Assembly: GCA_003971905.1 (NCBI GenBank)
Contig: RSEE01000010.1
Span: forward strand, 1-64,000
Length of the DNA stretch: 64,000 bases
From: Moniliella sp. 'wahieum'
Taxonomy: Eukaryota
Direction: 5' to 3'
Of this stretch, positions 49,001-60,329 are shown in pieces (position 1 is the first letter of the stretch; each line of letters opens with the position of its first letter). The position numbers and the translations under genes were made by a program. The notes under the pieces were generated by a model. The model did no database searches and had not been told where the DNA came from. It saw nothing but the letters and a program-made list of their open reading frames with translations.

Positions 49001-50093
49001 CCTTTCTCGTTGGCAGGTTGGCCTTGCAGCAGTTCCATGACGAGCGACGGGAAGCGACAGATGGGTACGCGCGCGTGGCCGAGCGCTTGGCCGCAGCGAT
49101 GGAGCGGGAACACGTGGCGGACCAAGCGATCCAAGCGGCCCAAGCGGCCGGCGCGCAAATCAAGGGCTTCACAAAGACCGAAGCCGCGCGCTTATGGAAG
49201 GAATTGCAAGCGCTACAATCGGTTCACGGATGGAGCTTACACTCTGTTCATCCAGCTTTGTCCTCCCTCACTTTACTCCTCCACCCTGACATCCAAGTCG
49301 CCGTCGACTTGGCCCCCGACGCCGAGGTGCAAGCTGTGCGGCTTACACGTACCCCCCACTTGCCCTGTGGGAATACCAAGGCCGATACGAATGCGAACGG
49401 GATGGGAAGGGTGACACGGAGACCAAAGACGACCTGGACGCGGACCTGGACACGGACCTGGACCTGGACGCTGTCCTGGTCACCGCGCTCAACCAGGCCT
49501 GGCGCGAAGTACCTCGTGGCACGCGCGTACCGCTCTTGGTACGCTCCTTGTCCGCCTCGTTTGCACGCTTGCGCCACCTCAAGACCGAAATCGCCGCTGT
49601 CAACCTCCACTTCCCAGTGACCGTGCGGCGCGAGACGTGTGCTTGCCCTGCCTCTGACGCAGCCACAGCATCCACAGCCACCGCCGCGGATCCGGACCCG
49701 ATACCGACGACACAGCCGCCTGCTACGCCGTCGTCGCGGCGGCGCAGCCGCAGTGCGCGACCCAGCGTCGCGCCGACTCCCGCGCCTCCGCAAGTTCAAG
49801 TCCAAGGTGTCCGACTGGACATCCCTGTGGTCTTGGCGCGCGTGCGGGGCAAAGCGGTAGTGAGCCTCGTGTGCCCGCTGGCTCAGCTGGTCCGCCCTGA
49901 GGCTGAGGCTCACTTATTCCCCCCCGCTTTGGTCCGGTGGGAGTGGGTGTATGGGCCTGGGTCGCATGCGCAAGCGCTCGTTCCGGCTGAGGTGCAGGCC
50001 AGGGCGTTGGCGTGCTTGGTAGGCGAGATCAAGGCCGTCCAGGCTACCAGTCGCTCGCTTCGGCTTGGTCGCGACGGTGCACCAGGTGGATAG
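46036..50093 (+). CDS. SPC105: Kinetochore scaffold Spc105/Spc7/KNL1; intron 48854-49016 (frameshifted in assembly)
   Basis: KSALK (SILK-like) and RRVTFS (RVxF) PP1-docking motifs; MELT-like repeats MEMDLT, MSLT, MALT, MQLT, MNLT, MQFT, MEFT; LLEAMGLSFQD at the start of the Spc7 domain; C-terminal coiled coil. Confidence 0.88.
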
Positions 50094-51730
50094 CGATCTG
50101 CTTACGCAGCCGGGTTTGGGTGCGGGTGTGGTGTGGGCCCGCGGGCGGTGCGGTTGGTTGGGTAAGTGTACCGTCCAAGGGAGATGGAGAAGGAGAAGGC
50201 GAAGGCGAAGGGTGGGGGGTGGGGGGGTGCCCTGTTGAGGAGGACACAGCGGGGAGATCTGAGATGCGTACGAAATGTAGATTGGTTTTTTCTTGATTGC
50301 GAGCCTGGTATCGCCATGAGATGTGAGAGGGCGTGGTGGAGGGTATAGGATAGCTATGGTGGGATAACTACAGGTCAACTACAGGACAGTGGTACGTAGG
50401 AGGAAAAGGGTGGAACGTGCAGGGTAGGTACTAGGTATAGAAGTACGAAGAATGGCCCCCGCGGTCGAGTATTGTACCGCTGAGTACTGATTGAAGCGAG
50501 GAAACATGGGACTTGTCCACTTAGCTTTGACGCGGTGCAGCATGACATGGAACATGGGACAGCACCGCGGCCCGTCGCCTCGGGCCTCGAGGTCCAGTGC
50601 AAAGTACAGGCCACGGTGCGCTTCGTTACCCCCTAACCCCCCGGGAAGAAGTGGAGGCGGGGAACGTAGGTCTCGGGGCCTCGGACCCGGCACGAACCTG
50701 CTTGTCTGCACTGGCGTAATAGCGCTGGGCTCGGGGGGTAGTGCGGCTGGGGTAGTGCGGCGGCGGCGGCAGGGAACGAGGCGGGGGTGGGAGCTAGCGA
50801 GTCGACTTGGCTTGGCGGAAGCAGGCGACACGGCACGTCGCACGTCTCCCTCGTTCCAGCCGAGCTGAGCTGCTCACGGTGCGCAGCCCAAAAGCGCTCA
50901 AGTCGGGCAGCCACTGCGGCCAGTCCACCAAGCTGAAATGCACCGCATTCACCTGGCCCGCTCCGCCGCGCACAGGCCCTGGGAGTGGTGGTGGCAGCGG
51001 CGGTGGTACGCCTGCTGCGACATGGATGGGGCCGAGGGGGGCAGGCGGACGGACGTGCGCACCGGGTGGGCCGCCACACCCAACACCACCACCCACACCC
51101 GCCCCACGCCGCCCCACCCGCAGCAGCGCAGTGTGGGCTACTTAAATGAATATCAAGAATGCATGCCTGCTCGGCGTTTGGTCTGCCCCTGGCTTTTGCT
51201 CCGCTCGGCTGGCTCCTCCGCTCCTCCTCCGCCCTCCCGCCACCGCCACCGCCACCACATGCGCCGCCCGCCGCCCCCCGCGCCCCACTTCACCCGCGCC
51301 GCCGCCCCGCGCGACCGCCGCCGCCGCCGCCCGCCCGCCCCCGGCCTCCGCGCCCTCGCCGCCGTCCCGCTCGCCCCCCGCCCTGCGCCCGCCTCCGCCG
51401 CGCGCCCGCCGCCCGCACCCCGCCCCGCGCCTGCCCCCACGCCCTCGCTCCCAGCACCAGCGCCAGCACCAGCACCAGCACCAGCGCCGACGCTCCGCTC
51501 GCCCGCCCGCCCGCCACCCACGCAGCCTCGCCCTCCGCTGCAGCGGCGGCGGCCGAGGCGGAGGCGCCTCCGCCCCAGCCGGGCCCTGCCTCGTAAGCAT
51601 CTCACTCCGCCCTCTCCCTCCTCTCTTGCCCAGCCCGCCTCCGGGCGGCCGTGGGCGGTGGGCGCACCCGGCGCGCAGGCAGCGATCACATGATCGCTTG
51701 CTGGCCAACCGGGGTGTGATAATCGATAAG

Positions 51731-54700
51731 ATGGCTGATGTCGATGATGCCGATTGGTGATATCGATCATCGAGCCTCGATTATCATGCCCACTCACCCA
51801 CACCCACTCTTGAGTCCTCTGGCAAATCCAGTTGCCACCGCAATCCTCTTTTTATCTCACTGACCCCCTCTCTCTCCTCTGCCTCCCGTGCCTTACCCCA
51901 CCCGCACCGCCGCTCAGCCGCACCCGCACCGCCCTCAAGCGCAAGGCCGACGTGCCCGCCCCCGCCTCGGGCGCCCCAAGCCCGCAAGCCCCGCACCGCC
52001 CCCGCCGCCACCTCGTCCCGTGCTGAGCCCTTGGCCGCCCCCTACAGCCTCCGCTCCCGCGCCTCTGCCGGCTCGTCCTCCTCCTCCCCCTCCTCCTCTC
52101 GGGCCCTGCTCCCCGGCCGCCTCGCCCTCCAGACCGCCCACCGGCCTAAGCTCCGCGCACGCGCCCTCCCCTCGTCCGTCTGGCTCCGGTCGCCGTACCA
52201 CTCGCTTGGCCGCCAAGGCCAAAGCCCCCTCGGCCCCACGTCGTAGCCAGCGTCATCACCGTCCCGCCTCCCCTGCTGCTCATTCGCAACTCGATCCCCC
52301 CGCCCCGCCTGCGCTGGAGGACATACAGACAGATCCACCTCCTGCTGCTACTCCGGAGGCTCCTGTTGCTGCTAATACCATGCTACATTACTACTACCGC
52401 TACTGCTACCGCTACTGCTACTGCTATGCTTCTTCATCGGGATCGACTGCCTCTTACCACTACGCCTGCCTCAGCCTCCCAGATTGACGGTGCGAGGGAG
52501 CCCTCTCCCTCGGTGGCTGTCCCTGCTTCCAGAGCACCCTTGTTCCCCCACGGACGTTCAGCCCGACGAGGGCGATGCGGATCTGTTGATGGACGATGAC
52601 TGGACGGCGAAGAGGCGAAGAGAGTAGTTTCATGGGCGGAGAAGAAGACGATGAGGACGAAGACGAGTACTATGGAGACGAGCAGGAGGACGACGAAACG
52701 CTAGGCTTTAATCTACGTGCGATGGGGTTTTTTCACCAAATCACCACAGCCGGTTCAAGGTTCTGCTCGAAAACATTCGGCCCACTGTGCTCCGGCGGAG
52801 CAGTTGAGTGCGCTCGAGGAGCTGGCCAACTTGCTCAGCAGTCAGGAGGAGACGCTGATGGGACAATTCAATACCGATGGGTTTGTCCGCGAGTTTGTCC
52901 GTATCCTTGGTGGTACGCCACCGCCCTTGATGCCCATGGCGTATGGACCCGGGCGGACGCCATCCCTTTCCGGTCGTCACACTGCCTGCTCTGCCGGCTG
53001 CGCCCCTATCTCTTCCCAGCTCGGTATCGGTCACCGAGGATCCAACGCGGTACGAGCGCCAAATCTTGGCGTGTCGGTGCCTGGCCAAACCTGATGAGGC
53101 CATGCCCTACTCGGCGCGCAGCGTGGTAGACAACAATGGTGTGCCAGCGATGGTGGCCAAGCTGGTGGACATGCAAGTGGTGGATCTGGCAGAGCAGTGT
53201 CTTGAAACCTGGAAAAGATCAGCATTGACAATCCAATCCCATCGTGCGCGAGGGGGGCTTGATGGCCATCCTTTCCTACCTCGACTTTTTCAACATCCAT
53301 GTCCAACGTACCGCCATGACTACCGTTGCCAACTGTTGCCGCAAGCTCAAGAGACCAAACGTCTCTTGTTCGCGATACCATCCCGCTCATCGCGACCATT
53401 GTGTTGCATTCCGATCGCAAGCTCCAAGAGGCTGCGTGTCGTTCAGTTGCGCATCATTGAGAGTTACCGTCATGCACCGGCAATGCTAGAACAGCTGGTC
53501 ACCTGCCGCCTGTGTGCCGCCATCCAGACCGTACTTGCCCCGCCCGCAGCCGTGTCCGAGGCGGACGAGAACACGTTGACGACGACCATTCCCACGTCGA
53601 TGGTCACCGAGCTGATGCATGCATTTTGTCTCGCTGCCAGCGCCACATCTGTCGTGGCCAACCGGCTGATGGCATCCAACTTTAGCCAAGCCATCTACGC
53701 CATTCTTACTGGCTGCTCGGCGCCAGTTGACCAGCTTGCCACCCGCTCTACCGAGCCCGATCCGACGTCCGTCGACCCAGAGCGCGCAGGCCTCAACAAG
53801 ATGACCCTCTTGCACAACCTGAGTTTGCGACCCAAGGAGCAACTCACAGAAGCGTTGACGTTGACGATCGAACTGCTTCCCGTGCCAGCCAAGGCGGGGG
53901 GTATTTGACGCGTAACTATACTCTGCAGCGCTAGCGCAAGCCGAGTACGACCGGGCCGTTGTCGCCGCCGGTGGTGGTCCCCACCCCTGCCCCTTGTTTG
54001 AGCGCAACAAGGGCCGGTTCGGCACAGGACCGCATGGACCCAGACGCGTACGCGATGGGGCTGGTCTGTGTCGACTAATGCTGCCTGCTTTAGTGGAGTC
54101 CATACCGCTTCGGCAGTGCATCGGTACGCAACAAGGTGATTGTAGCGATCTTGAAAATCGTGCGTTGCCAGTCCGGAGCACCTTGCGTGCCTGGTACCGC
54201 GTGCGGCCATGGCCACATTTTGGGCGGGCATCTTAGCCCCCGACGATGGTCGGTAGCCGTGCAAGGATCGTTTGCAGATTGTCGAACTGTTGCTGCTCAA
54301 GTTGGGCGCTGGATACCGCCGCAGACTCGAACGCGAAGGCGTCATGTGGGAAATCGAACAGTTGGCACACCAAGATCCGGCCGCGTACATGCCCGCTGAA
54401 GAGAAGGGGAAAGAGGTCCTACCCACACTGAGTCCAGTGGGATCGATAGCTCGATGGGGTCGATGGGATCGATAGCATCGATGGGGTCGATGGGATCGAT
54501 GGCGTCGATGGCGTCGATGGCGCCGATGGCCACGGTACGGGACGCAGACGGCCGTCAACCTCTTCCACCTTAGGTGGAGGCAACCATGGGCTGAACATTT
54601 TACGAGCGCGGATGATCGTGTTGCTGTATGCGAAGCCCGAGGCGGAGAAGGCGCAGGAGACGGTGCTGGATCGTGCGAGTGGACTGGCACGGCAGCTGCG

Positions 54701-57671
54701 GTCCTCGTCGCTTGGGTCGGGGAACAAGCCCAGAGTGACTTGGAACGTGTTTTGCTTGATGCAGCACGATAGGAGGGGTTGGCGGTTGGGAACTGCTCAA
54801 GTCGGGCTTGATTGAGCGTTGGCTTATCTTCGTGGGCAGTGACCTGTTGAGGAGGAGGAGGCAAAGGAAAGGCACCGGCACAGGCACAGGTCCAAGTGTC
54901 TCCCCTTTCGGTCGAACAGCGGCGTGCCTTGTTTACCCAAACCCTGGCGTCTACCCTCACGCTGCCGAACAGCGGGTCCAGCGGTTGCAAGAAACCGTCA
55001 GTCGCGTACAGAACTTGGCGCGGTCAGCTTGGGTGCGTCGGTGGACGAGTTGACGCGACGGTGGCCCGGGTTGGGGTTGACCAAGCAGATGCGGCTCAAG
55101 CTCAGTGCTGCCGATCCGTCGTTGGTGCCAAGTAGCTACCAGTCGCTGGTGATTGGGATCCATGCCGTCGCCTCCTTTGGTGCGCTGGAAGACTTTCTGC
55201 GTGCGCGTCTGGCCCCGTACCCAGTCCAGTACTCGTCCGGCCCCCCTCGCCCGGGCGTCGGATCAGGGGACACTTGTCAGCAATGTTGGCTGCAACGATG
55301 GGAACGTCCGCCTCCTCCTCTCCTTCTCTTCCTCTTCCCTCCCATCGCACCGCAGGGACGCACCGAGCTGCGACTAGGCCAAGGACGGCTGTTCGGATCG
55401 GCGTTGATGCGGGACGCTCACCTCGACCTTAACGTCTCGCTCGACCCTCAGGCTGCGACAGGACCAGACGCGAGCCACGGGACCGACCCAAGTCAAGCTG
55501 ATCGAACGGGTGAGATCCACCTGCCCAAGTCGAGGGCGGGTGGGAGTGACGAGCATGATCATGATCATGATCCCGTTCACGAGCACGATAACGAGCACGA
55601 CCACGATCGACGCCCTAGTAGTTCCACCGTGCCCTCCCACCCAACCTCTTCTCCCTCTGGCAGGAGCAACAATACCCATCCCAACTCGAGGTTGGATCTT
55701 CCCTCCGCACCGTCGCGCCTGCGTCGGACCAAGACCATTTTGTCTTTACGGTCAATGGAAGGGAGGTGGGCTTGGAGGAAACGGTGTTTAGCGCCGTGTA
55801 TCGGATGATGAAGGAGCAAACGCCTACTTGGACGCCCGACCGCTCGTTTTGGAGCTTGTCATACCCCGTTACTTACCGTCGGGTTCGAGGGCCTCGCCCG
55901 GACAAACCCGATGCGGAAACAGGTTCGTGTGGGTGGCCCATTCCCTTGTGTGGACGGAGACGCTGACCTTACCCTCGTCTGTGTTGTTTTTGAATTCGGT
56001 AGTGAGCAACAAGCAGGACCCAGTGGACGCGGTGCCCCCGACTCCATCATGTCCAAAGCGCTGAGGCTGTTACAAGTCTTGTTTGATGCATTTGTCCAGA
56101 CCCGTCCGCCTGCACTGGCCGGGGAGGAGAATGGGTTCCGGTCGCTCTTTGTCAACAACAAGTTGACGGCACAGTTGAATCGACAGTTGGAAGAACCGTT
56201 GATCACGGCGAGCCAAGTCTTGCCCGCATGGGCTGAGCAGCTACCTCGTTCCTTCCCCTTTCTCTTCCCCTTTGCCACGCGCTTTGCCTTTTTGCAATCC
56301 GTCGCGTTTGGCACGACGCGCATTGTGGCGCGGTGGCAAGCGCAGCTGCGCAGTAGCGGCGATCCTTCCACCTTGCATCGTGCGCGGGACGAGTCGTTTG
56401 GTAACTTGGGCCGTGTGGCGCGCCAAAAAGTTCGTATTGAACGAGAACATTTGATGGAATCGGTGGTGCGCATCTGCACCGAATTTGCCTCGCGCAACTC
56501 GGTATTGGAAACAGAGTACTTTGGCGAAGGGTACCGGACTCGGTCCAACCCTCGAATTTTACTCGCTCGCCTCACACGAGTTTGCCGCCAAACAGCATCA
56601 TCTCTGGTTAGGCTCGCGTACGTCGGAGCATGGTGGTCCAGTCAACGCGGCGGCCAATCCCGCGCCCGGGCGGAGCCAGGACAAGGCCAAGGCCAAAGCC
56701 AAGGCGCCGCAGGATCCTACCCCCCATACCTCGGAGAAGGAAGAAGAAGACGCAACGGGCTATGGCTATGTGGATGCGCCGCAGGGCTTGTTCCCTCTGC
56801 CACTGCCGCTGCCGCTCAAGCCTGCCAAACCAAGGTCGGCCAGCGAGAAGAAGCGGGTGAGCATGTTCCGTACGTTGGGCACGTTTGTGGCCAAGTCGTT
56901 GCTCGACTCGCGCATCATCCATATTGATTTGTCGCCTATCTTTTGGGCGTTGGTGATTGGTGCGCCGGTCGCGGCTACGCTGGCCACGCTCAGTCGAATT
57001 GACCAGACCTTAGCAGGGTCGCTGGAGAAGCTGTACGGCATGTCGGCCGAGGAGGTGGAGTCGCTAGAACTGGACTTCACTCTTCCGGGGACGAGGGGTA
57101 CGAGCTGGTAAGTGGGGGAAAGAGCAAGGCGGTCACGCAGGCCAATTTGGACGAGTATGTGGCGCAGATTGAAGAGGCGTATCTTGGACAGGGCACCGCC
57201 GCTTTGGTCGATGCGTTCCGACAAGGGTTTGCCACGCTGGTGGATTGGCGTGCGCTACGACTGTTTACCCCGGACGAACTGGGCAGTGTGTTTGGCAATG
57301 CGCCTGAAGACTGGTCACGGTCCACGTTGACGTGCTACATCAAGCCCGACCATGGCTTTACCACTGAGAGCGCGGCATACCAGAACTTATTGAGCTTGAT
57401 GAGTTCCCTGGACGCGGGGGAACGACGTGTGTTCCTCCAATGGCTCACGGGTTCACCCAAGTTACCCTTGGGCGGGTTCCGCGCGCTCCATCCGGCCTTG
57501 ACCGTTGTTCGCCGTCCACATGAAGCTCCACTCACACCAGACGATTACTTGCCCTCGGTCATGACGTGCGTCAATTACCTCAAGTTGCCCAATTACTCCA
57601 CGGCCGAAATCTTGCAGCTGCGCATGCGCAAGGCCATGCACGAAGGCGCCGCTTCGTTTCACCTGTCGTGA
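51731..57671 (+). CDS. UFD4: HECT E3 ubiquitin ligase Ufd4/TRIP12-like (frameshifted; probable first intron ~51757-51917)
   Basis: QLSALEELANLL; ILACRCLA; DLAEQCL; GGLMAILSYLDFFNIHVQRTA; FVNNKLTAQLNRQLEEP; RQKVRIER; GTGLGPTLEFY; LPSVMTCVNYLKLP; SFHLS*. Confidence 0.95.
54440..54530 (+). repeat. 9-bp TCGATGG-core coding minisatellite inside UFD4
   Basis: TCGATGGGG/TCGATGGGA/TCGATAGCA/TCGATGGCG units, which would encode SMG/SIA/SMA repeats. Confidence 0.8.
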
Positions 57672-58855
57672 CCTGGATGTCCAGTGGAGCGAAGCGAAGC
57701 GGTTCGTTTCTCCTCTCACCAAGCGTGAAGCTTGGATTTGGGATCTTGGATTTGGGGCATTTACTTTACGGAGTGGAGGATTGGGGATCGGTGGGCTCCT
57801 CGGTTCTGCTTACTCCTTTGTCTGTATTGGCCGGTTCCAAGCCAATTTGGGTCCTCCGTGCGCGCCAAACCGCCCTTGCCCCCCACTTATCCGCCTCTCG
57901 GCCTATCTCCTCTCCCCCCCCCCCTCCCTGTCCCATGCGTCCCATGCATCCTACCTATGCATCTCATGCGTCTCGTGCCCCCCTCCCCCCTCATGGTCGC
58001 CTCTGTCCTGCATGCTACTGCTACCCTCCCTTCTCCCTCGGCGCATCGGTTCTTGCGCCGCAGGGTTCCGCCGTTCGCTTTTGGTTTCACTTAACACTTG
58101 GTTTCGCTTTGGTTTTGATTGTTGGCTCGCTCGGGTGGGCCAGAGGAGTCGCCTTGCGCGTCGCGCCTGGTTAGTCTCGCCTCGCAGGTCTCGCCTTGCG
58201 GGTCTCGCCTCGCCAGTCCTCCTCCCCCGAAAGGTCAGGCGGAGAGCGACCGGTTCACCTCTTCTCTATTCTTACTTCTCTCTTCTTTCTCCTGTCCTCT
58301 TTTCGCTTGTATATCATCGCTTTGTGAATTTGGATCCGCCGCCGAGTAGGACGGAACGCGGAACGCGCACGATTGACCTTTTTGACTTTGTTGAGGTTGG
58401 TCCGAGGGGGCAGGCGGGATGGATGTGTGCACGCTAGATGGATCCAGCGGCAGGAGGGGCGGGAGAACGCTACAGCAGACCACAGCGTGATGCACTGTCG
58501 TGGTGGTCGCGGTGATGCGATCTGGGCTGGACTGCGGGGGGGCAGAAACCTGTTGGTAGATTCTGCCCTGGAAGCATGCTGGGCATCTAGATTCCATTGA
58601 ACGTTCAATCACACGTGATGGATGATGCATGATGCATGTGCACGACAGGGACGTTGTGTCAACGTTGGAATGGAAATGAAACCCTGCCATTTTCTTATGG
58701 TTAACCGCGGCATACACTCACCTGCTGCTGCATTGCGGCTCGTGGCTATGCAAATACGCCGCAGCAACCCTACTGTTCTTCTTTTCGCCTGCCTCTCCTC
58801 CCCCTGGGCTCACGTTGGCCCCCACCAGCCCCGCCTGCTCCCTGTATCGTTCAAG

Positions 58856-59420
58856 ATGGTCTCGAGCAGCCGCCGTACCAACCGCAAGATTCAGCTGAGC
58901 GCCCCGGCGCACCTGCGCCGCAAGCTGATGAGCTCCCCGTTGAGCAAGGAGCTCCGGGCTGAGCACGGCGTACGTTCATTCCCCCCCGACATGCCCTTTC
59001 CTCGGCGGGACAGACAGAATCCGAGGGAACGGTCACCTTAGGTTCCCTCTTTGGCTGGGACGCCTTGTCTTGTTCCCCCAACGCCCATTCCGGGCGGTTG
59101 TTTGCGCTGAAACTGACTTGACTGTTGCTTGGCAGATCCGCTCCATGCCCATTGTCAAGGGCGACGAGGTTCAGATTGTCCGTGGCTCCAAGAAGGGTGC
59201 CGAGGGACGCGTGACCCAGGTGTACCGCAAGAAGTGGGTTATCCACGTTGACCGTGTAGAGCGGGAGAAGGCGAAGGAGCAGACGGTCCCCATCCCCGTT
59301 GCGGCGTCGAACGTGGTGATCACCAAGCTCAAGCTCGACAAGAGCCGCAAGGTGATCATTGCGCGCAAGTCGGGCAAGCCCGTGGCCGATGCCGAGGGCG
59401 ACGTTGAGATGAAGGCGTAA
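58856..59420 (+). CDS. RPL26: 60S ribosomal protein L26 (uL24); intron 58970-59135
   Basis: VSSSRR...[39 protein letters not shown]...[17 protein letters not shown]...[12 protein letters not shown]. Confidence 0.96.
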
Positions 59421-60029
59421 TGCCGATCGGACTCGACTTGAGAAGCTTGACCTTGTACCCCCTCTTGTCTTGGTCTCGGTCTCGAGCGGGAAGTGGGGCA
59501 GTGGGGTGCGCAGCTCTTCCGCTCTTCTTTCCTGTCCTGTGTCGCTCGTCTCGTTGAGCGGACGGTGAAGCCCGACGCCACCCTCCATTCGCTGTACCCT
59601 CTCTCGCTGTCACGCGTGCCTCCCTGGCAGGTGCTGTGACGCCAAAATGACTGTGGCCTCTGCCTGTGGTGGAGCAGGGACCGCAATTGCGCGCGTGGGC
59701 GCGCAGCGGCTGTGTTGCTCATTCTTCTGGCCAGAGTCGGCCATGCATGGGCCGAGCAGCAGGGCTGCTGTTCATGCAATCTGATGAATCGCTCACCGAA
59801 CCAACAGCCATACTGGTTGGGCACGGCTGTGTCTGTCATAGAGGTGGGGCGGGGTGATGCGATGGCCGCCTGGTATACTGCTCCCTGCGGCGGCCGTAGG
59901 CAGGCAGACCAATGCGGGCCAAAGGAATGCTCGAGGCAGGGATGTGTGCCCCATGTCGCATTAACCGTGGCGCATTGTGCTCGGTTGCAAGGTGAACCCA
60001 ATGTGGGCGTCGTGCGTGTGGCAAAAAAA

Positions 60030-60114
60030 CGCCCCACGTGGGACTCGAACCCACAACCGTGAGATGGATCTCTGGAATAAGAGTCTCAAATTCTACCGAT
60101 TGAAATAGCGAGGC
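60030..60114 (-). tRNA. tRNA-Lys(CTT) with 12-nt intron (60066-60077), atypical D-stem
   Basis: GCCTCGC/GTGGGGC acceptor stem, TGAGA-CTCTTA^A-TCTCA anticodon arm, GTGGG-TTCGAGT-CCCAC T-arm, T7 terminator. Confidence 0.9.
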
Positions 60115-60329
60115 TGCATGCCGTGGACGGCCACGGTAGGCAGAACACAAGCGCCAAGGCATTGGTGCCATTTAACGGGATGAAATATCAGCTGCGCCAT
60201 TCTTCCAAGCGGTGCACTCTGCCTGTATCCACCTCCCCATCTATCCACGCATCCATCCGTCTCGCCGCGCCTCCCCCACCTTGCGATGGCCGTGCCGTGC
60301 CATGCCCGCTGCTGGGCACGCTCCCGGTC

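Noticed and set aside
36955..49470. Hexamer runs (GCACCG, GACTCG, GGACCT) as part of the heptamer system
   Set aside because: Period 6, inside coding regions, encoding dipeptide repeats: ordinary coding microsatellites.
50379..51708. Multiple long ORFs between SPC105 and UFD4
   Set aside because: Extreme GC content and low complexity open all frames, with no conserved motif. A small minus-strand gene cannot be excluded.
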